Shown here piece after piece: positions 59,038 to 64,000 of a stretch of DNA of 64,000 nucleotides. The translations under genes and the position numbers were made by a program. Within the stretch, counting starts at the first letter, position 1; the number at the start of each line of letters is the position of its first letter. Source of the stretch: an uncultured Pelagibacteraceae bacterium (GTDB lineage: Bacteria > Pseudomonadota > Alphaproteobacteria > Pelagibacterales > Pelagibacteraceae); the NCBI GenBank assembly GCA_902581405.1, contig CACHOJ010000004.1:13527-77526 (forward strand), read 5' to 3'. The notes below the pieces were generated by a model. The model ran no database searches. It saw only the letters and a program-made list of their open reading frames with translations, and was not told the DNA's origin.

Positions 59038-61443
59038 ATGCAAAATCATGCAAAAGTAGTCATCATAGGTGGCGGCGTAGTAGGCTGTTCCATTCTTTAT
59101 CATTTATCAAAGTTTGGTTTAAAAGATTGTATTCTTCTTGAAAGAAATGAACTCACATCTGGATCCTCTTGGCATGCAGCTGGAAATGTACATGTGATTT
59201 CATCTGACCCAAATATTTCTAGAATGATGGCTTATACAATCGGATTGTACAAAGAAATTGAAAAAGAGTCTGGCCATTCAGTTGGATTCAAATCAAGTGG
59301 GGGATTTTATTTGGCTTCAAATGATGTTTGGGCGGATTATTTAAAAAGAGAGAGGTCTAAAGCAAGATACATGGGTCTTGATCAAGAGTTTGTTTCTTTA
59401 GAGGAAGTAAAAAAGAAAAATCCCTTAATTGATCCATCAAGATACCTTCTGGCATTATGGGACCCTATTGATGGGGAAGTAGATCCATCAGGTGTAACTT
59501 ATGCTTTTGCTAAAGCCGCAAAAGTTCATGGTGGAAAATATTATACACATACAGTTGTAAAAGACACAAAACAAAAAGAGGATGGAAGTTGGGATGTGAT
59601 AACTGACAAGGGCAATATAAAAGCTGAAATAGTTATTAACGCTGGAGGTTTATGGGCAAGAGAAGTTGGACAGCTTGCAGGAATTAATCTACCAGTTCAA
59701 CCAATGGAGCATCACTATTTAATCACTGAAGCTATTCCAGAAATTGAAGCTATGGGCGATCAAAGAATTCCTATTGGAACTGATTTTGAAGGTAACATTT
59801 ATTTTAGACAAGAAGGAAAAGGAATGCTTCTTGGAACTTATGAACCAAAATCAACACCATGGAAGGTTGAAGGAACACCTATGAATTTTGGTCATGAGTT
59901 ATTAGAACCAAAACTAGATAATATCCAAGATAGATTAGCAATAGGTTTTGAAAGAATGCCAGCATTAGAAAAAGCAGGAATAAAAAATATTGTAAATGGA
60001 CCTTTTACTTTTGGACCAGATGGATCACCATTAATTGGTCCTGTTCCCGGAATGAAAAATTATTGGGTAGCAGTGGGTGTAATGGCTGGTTTTTGTCAAG
60101 GAGGAGGAGTTGGAAAATGTATTGCTGAATGGATAATTGACGGAGAACCATCAATAGATGTTTGGGCAATGGATGTTGCAAGATTTGGAGATTATGCATC
60201 ACCTCAATACGGAACAATTAAATCTTCTGAAAATTATGAACGAAGATTTATTATGACATTTCCAAATGAAACTTTACCAAAAGGAAGAAAACAAAAAACA
60301 ACAGCTCTTTATGATCGGTTTGTAGAACAAGGAGCGGTTATGGGAGACAGCTTTGGTTTAGAAAGTGTCTTGTGGTTTGCAAATGATAAAAAAGATGCAT
60401 ACGAAGAGCCAACTATAAAAAGATCTAGATCGCATGATTACGTATCAAAAGAAGTTATTAATGTAAGAGAAAATGTCGGTTTTATTGAAGTTGCTAATTT
60501 TTCAAAACATCAATTTAAAGGAAAAGATGCAAGAAAATTTTTAGATCATATTATGGCAGGTAAGCTTCCAAATCCTGGAAGAATATCGTTATCTCCAATG
60601 TTATCTTATAGAGGAAAATTATGTGGCGATCTTACAGTTTCATGCCTTGATGAAAACGAATTTATGGTTTTTGGTTCAGGTGCAGCTCAAGAAATGCATA
60701 GACGTTGGTTTGAAAGCCATTTAGATAAATTTAATGTTGAATATAAAAATAGATCAGATGAATTTCATGGAATATCTATAGCAGGACCTAATTCGAGAAA
60801 AGTTTTAGAAAAAATAGTTAGAGACGATGTATCTAATGAAAAATTTAGATTTAGAGATTCAAGAAGAATGTTTGTTGGAGGTGTTCCGGCAATTATAAAC
60901 CGAATTTCATTCACGGGTGAACTTGGTTATGAAATATATGTTGCGCCACATTTCCAAATTAAACTTTATGAGGAGTTAATGGAGGCGGGAAAAGAATTTG
61001 GTATTAAACCTTTTGGTGGAAGAGCTTTAATGTCTATGAGACTAGAGAAAAATTGGGGTGCGTGGACTTTAGACTATCGACCTGATTTTACTGCTAAAGA
61101 AACTGGATTAGAAAGTTTCATTAATTGGAACAAAGAATTTATTGGTAAAGAAAAAGCTAAACAAGACAATAGCTCGAATAGATTAGTTCCTTTAATAATT
61201 CAAACAAACGACATAGATGTCACAAACAATGAAGCAGTAATGAAGGGAGATAATAGCATTGGGTATATAACTTCAGGTGGATTTGCTCATTTTGTAAATA
61301 AAAGTGTTGCTTTTTCATATCTAGATCAAAAAAATTTATCATCTGAAGATGGAATACAAGTAGAAATTAATGGTGATTTATTCAATTGTTCAATTATCAA
61401 AGAACCACTTTATGATCCAAGTGGAGAAAAAATGAGAGGGTAA
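59038..61443 (+). CDS. Dimethylglycine/sarcosine dehydrogenase-like FAD-GcvT fusion
   Basis: GGGVVG, TSGSSWHAAG (covalent-flavin His region), GPFTFGPDG, C-terminal RISFTGELGYE and MRLEK. Confidence 0.88.
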   Translation: MQNHAKVVIIGGGVVGCSILYHLSKFGLKDCILLERNELTSGSSWHAAGNVHVISSDPNISRMMAYTIGLYKEIEKESGHSVGFKSSGGFYLASNDVWADYLKRERSKARYMGLDQEFVSLEEVKKKNPLIDPSRYLLALWDPIDGEVDPSGVTYAFAKAAKVHGGKYYTHTVVKDTKQKEDGSWDVITDKGNIKAEIVINAGGLWAREVGQLAGINLPVQPMEHHYLITEAIPEIEAMGDQRIPIGTDFEGNIYFRQEGKGMLLGTYEPKSTPWKVEGTPMNFGHELLEPKLDNIQDRLAIGFERMPALEKAGIKNIVNGPFTFGPDGSPLIGPVPGMKNYWVAVGVMAGFCQGGGVGKCIAEWIIDGEPSIDVWAMDVARFGDYASPQYGTIKSSENYERRFIMTFPNETLPKGRKQKTTALYDRFVEQGAVMGDSFGLESVLWFANDKKDAYEEPTIKRSRSHDYVSKEVINVRENVGFIEVANFSKHQFKGKDARKFLDHIMAGKLPNPGRISLSPMLSYRGKLCGDLTVSCLDENEFMVFGSGAAQEMHRRWFESHLDKFNVEYKNRSDEFHGISIAGPNSRKVLEKIVRDDVSNEKFRFRDSRRMFVGGVPAIINRISFTGELGYEIYVAPHFQIKLYEELMEAGKEFGIKPFGGRALMSMRLEKNWGAWTLDYRPDFTAKETGLESFINWNKEFIGKEKAKQDNSSNRLVPLIIQTNDIDVTNNEAVMKGDNSIGYITSGGFAHFVNKSVAFSYLDQKNLSSEDGIQVEINGDLFNCSIIKEPLYDPSGEKMRG

Positions 61444-62072
61444 TGGCCCAAAAAGATGTAGGTAACAAAGTTCCAATTTATAAACTAAAAGAAACAAAAG
61501 AGGTGATGGATTTTTATGACGAATGGGGTCTGGATAATAAATATGATAAAGATATGGTTGAATGGAATTATACTGGCCCAAAGGAAACAGCAGAAGTTTT
61601 CAATAAACATCAAAAAGAAAAAGATATTAATATTTATGATGCTGGATGTGGAACTGGATTGGTTGGTGTAGAATTGAAAAAGTATGGTTTCACTAATTTT
61701 TTTGGTGCCGATCTATCCCAAAAACTTTTAGATTTGGTTCCAAATAACCTTTATAAAAAATTAGATAAAGTAGATTTAAATAAACCAATCAAGGAAAAGG
61801 ATGATCAATATGATGCTTTAATGTGTGTGGGCACATTTACTTTTGGACATGTAAAACCACCTGCATTAGATGAGTTTATTAGAATTACTAAAAATAAAGG
61901 TCTAATTTGTTTCACTATTAACGAGGGAATATATGAGGAATATGGATTTGATAAAAAAATCAAACAATTAAAAAATGAAAATAAATGGAAAGAAATAGAG
62001 TTTTTTAAATCTGATTATATTGCTAGTAAAGATGTAAATGCATGGCTTGGTCTATATGAAGTGACAAAATAA
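61443..62072 (+). CDS. Class I SAM-dependent methyltransferase
   Basis: YDEW...YD, DAGCGTGLVG, GADLS, VGTFTFGHV. Confidence 0.88.
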   Translation: MAQKDVGNKVPIYKLKETKEVMDFYDEWGLDNKYDKDMVEWNYTGPKETAEVFNKHQKEKDINIYDAGCGTGLVGVELKKYGFTNFFGADLSQKLLDLVPNNLYKKLDKVDLNKPIKEKDDQYDALMCVGTFTFGHVKPPALDEFIRITKNKGLICFTINEGIYEEYGFDKKIKQLKNENKWKEIEFFKSDYIASKDVNAWLGLYEVTK

Positions 62073-62073
62073 A

Positions 62074-63249
62074 ATGTCAGCAATTTATAAAATTATAGAT
62101 AAAAAAAAATTAGATATAGTTAAGAAACCAATTTCAAAAGCACATGGACTCCCCAACGAATGTTATACAAGTAAAGATTATACTTTAATAGAAAGAGAGA
62201 AAATATTTGAAAATAAATGGACTGTAATAGGAGTAGCAAGTTCTTTGCCAAATATCGGCGATGTAAAACCATTTAACTTGTTAGGACTGCCATTATTTTT
62301 AGTAAGGAATAAAAAAGATCAGATAAAAGTTTTTCATAACGTCTGTAGTCATAGAGGAGTAAAGCTAGTAAACAAAAAAGGCAATATTAGAAATGTTATC
62401 AGATGTCCTTATCATTCATGGTCATACACATCAGATGGAAAGCTAATTGCAACACCTCATATAGGTGGGATGAACCAACATAGTAGCCCAAAATTTAAAA
62501 AAAATAAAAACAATTTAAAAGAAATAAGATCATGTGTTTGGTTAGATTTAATTTTTATTAATATTAGTAACAACGAAATTCCATTTGAAAAATATATTAA
62601 ACCCTTAAGTGATAGGTGGGCTAAATTTTGGAAAAAAAAAGATAGAAAATTAATTAATCATGCAAATGATTTTGGTTATTTTAAAATAAATGCAAAATGT
62701 AATTGGAAATTTGCAATTGAAAATTATTGTGAAAGTTATCATTTGCCATGGGTTCATCCAGGTTTAAATTCTTATTCAAAAATTGAAGATCACTATCATA
62801 TTCAAGGATTACCAAACCGCTTTGCAGGCCAAGGCACAGTTGTTTACAATCCAAAATTTAAAGGTAAGAAAAAATTTCCTTGCTTTCCTAACTGGCCCAA
62901 AGAAAAAGAAAATATTGCAGAGTATGTAGCTTTGTTTCCCAATGTTATGTTAGGTATACATAAAGATCATTTCTACGCATATTGGTTAGAACCCATTAGT
63001 CATAAAAAAACTTTAGAGCACATGGAAATATATTATGTAGGTGAAAAAGCCGCAAAATCATTAGAATTTAAATCATTAAGAAATCAAAATCATAAATTGT
63101 GGGAAAATATTCAAAAAGAAGATGTTGGTATAATTCAAAGAATGCAATTAGGCCGCAACTCACATGCATATAATGGTGGAAATTTTTCTCCTGATATGGA
63201 TAATCCAACACATCAATTTCACAAGTGGGTGGCAACTCACATTGTGTAG
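62074..63249 (+). CDS. Rieske oxygenase alpha subunit (choline monooxygenase/GbcA/CntA-like group)
   Basis: CSHRG...CPYHSW Rieske ligands; NWK..ENYCESYHLPWVH mononuclear Fe site; ED near the C-terminus. Confidence 0.9.
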   Translation: MSAIYKIIDKKKLDIVKKPISKAHGLPNECYTSKDYTLIEREKIFENKWTVIGVASSLPNIGDVKPFNLLGLPLFLVRNKKDQIKVFHNVCSHRGVKLVNKKGNIRNVIRCPYHSWSYTSDGKLIATPHIGGMNQHSSPKFKKNKNNLKEIRSCVWLDLIFINISNNEIPFEKYIKPLSDRWAKFWKKKDRKLINHANDFGYFKINAKCNWKFAIENYCESYHLPWVHPGLNSYSKIEDHYHIQGLPNRFAGQGTVVYNPKFKGKKKFPCFPNWPKEKENIAEYVALFPNVMLGIHKDHFYAYWLEPISHKKTLEHMEIYYVGEKAAKSLEFKSLRNQNHKLWENIQKEDVGIIQRMQLGRNSHAYNGGNFSPDMDNPTHQFHKWVATHIV

Positions 63250-63263
63250 AAAGTGCGAAATAT

Positions 63264-63704
63264 ATGTACAGACCTTTACCAGATGCATTAACAATAAAAA
63301 GTTCACCAATCGAAGGTTTGGGATTATTCGCAACCAAAGAAATTAAAGCTAATACTTTTATCGGAATTACTCACATAAGAGATGAGCAGTTTGAAAATAA
63401 ATATATAAGAACTCCATTAGGTGGTTTTTATAATCATTCTGACAATCCTACAGTTCAAAGAATGGTATCAAATATTTTACCTACATTAAAATTTGGTGAT
63501 CCAATTGATCCTACCGCAAAAGCAAAAAAATTTAACGAAAATGATGATAATTTAGAAAACATGTATTATAATTTAAGAGAGAAACCAGACGCAAAATATT
63601 TTTTTATGGTTTCAATAAAAGATTTGAGACCAGGAGATGAGCTTTGTGCAAATTATAATTTATACACCTATCCAAAAACAGGAGTTGGTGTACAGATGTT
63701 ATAG
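63264..63704 (+). CDS. SET-domain protein
   Basis: SPIEGLGLFATKEI, GGFYNHSDNP, IKDLRPGDELCANY; start adjusted to ATG 63264. Confidence 0.8.
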   Translation: MYRPLPDALTIKSSPIEGLGLFATKEIKANTFIGITHIRDEQFENKYIRTPLGGFYNHSDNPTVQRMVSNILPTLKFGDPIDPTAKAKKFNENDDNLENMYYNLREKPDAKYFFMVSIKDLRPGDELCANYNLYTYPKTGVGVQML

Positions 63705-63706
63705 AG

Positions 63707-64000
63707 ATGAAGTTTAACAGAAAAATTCTTTCAGAAAACCAACCAATTAAGAAATATATTTCAAAAAAAAGATTAAGAGAAGATGAAATAGATTTTGACG
63801 AACTTAGATCTTATAGACTTGACAGATTAAGAAATGAATTAAAGAAAAATAATATAGAGGCATGTATTTTATTTGATCCAGTAAATGTAAGGTATGCATT
63901 AGATACTGTGAATATGAGTGTTTATAATATGCATAATCTTACAAGATATTGTTTTATCTCTGTTGATGGTCCAACAATATTATATGAATATTTTAACTGT
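63707..64000 (+). CDS. M24 family protein, DddP (DMSP lyase)/creatinase-like N-terminus; 3'-truncated, not in the ORF track
   Basis: Read manually: MKFNRKILSENQPIKKYISKKRLREDEIDFDELRSYRLDRLRNELKKNNIEACILFDPVNVRYALDTVNMSVYNMHNLTRYCFISVDGPTILYEYFNC; the YRL.RL...FDP.N.RYA.D..NM....HN pattern is recalled for DddP-like proteins. Confidence 0.7.
   Translation, partial: MKFNRKILSENQPIKKYISKKRLREDEIDFDELRSYRLDRLRNELKKNNIEACILFDPVNVRYALDTVNMSVYNMHNLTRYCFISVDGPTILYEYFNC

Noticed and set aside
1049-63346. Many 60-157 aa ORFs in the track lying antisense or out of frame within long genes (e.g. 10551..11024, 25630..26010, 54075..54470, 57880..58098)
   Set aside because: They overlap well-supported genes and show no recognisable motifs; treated as shadow ORFs.
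63707-64000. Firm dddP call
   Set aside because: Only 98 codons are visible and the catalytic domain is outside the window.
1-64000. CRISPR arrays, tRNA/rRNA, tandem repeats, frameshifted pseudogenes
   Set aside because: Intergenic gaps are all short, no repeat-spacer or cloverleaf pattern was seen, and recognised genes look full length. Poly-A/T runs reflect Lys/Phe codons in low-GC DNA.

Overview
A very AT-rich, gene-dense bacterial segment with minimal intergenic DNA. Gene content and compaction strongly suggest SAR11 (Pelagibacterales); this is inferred from protein families and composition, not from a marker gene. About 1-10.5 kb is mostly housekeeping (aldehyde dehydrogenase end, argE, csaA, acnA, YfgM/BamB-like pair, zapE, yjbQ, photolyase). 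From about 10.5 kb to the end it is a large methylated-amine/osmolyte/C1 catabolic region. That region holds TMAO uptake and demethylation (tmoXWV, tdm), N-methylglutamate pathway genes (gmaS, mgsABC/glxBCD, soxBDAG/mgd-like, fhs), a divergent Amt with two small membrane proteins, and betaine/sulfonium genes (proXW-like, BHMT, DMG dehydrogenase-like, Rieske oxygenase, GcvT-like + metF, partial DddP-like). The best leads are three. (1) An FAD oxidoreductase plus a second glutamine-synthetase-like ligase sit between tdm and mgsABC and could supply the dimethylamine step without Dmm. (2) A glpK-gpsA-sugar ABC-GH63 cassette looks like glycosyl-glycerol osmolyte scavenging. (3) A dipeptidase-550aa-DUF3726-like-zinc-finger operon has no function I can assign. 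I also read three ORFs missing from the supplied track and a candidate shared operator. No rRNA, tRNA, CRISPR array or IS/integrase was recognised. All family calls come from motif recognition by eye; no database search was run.
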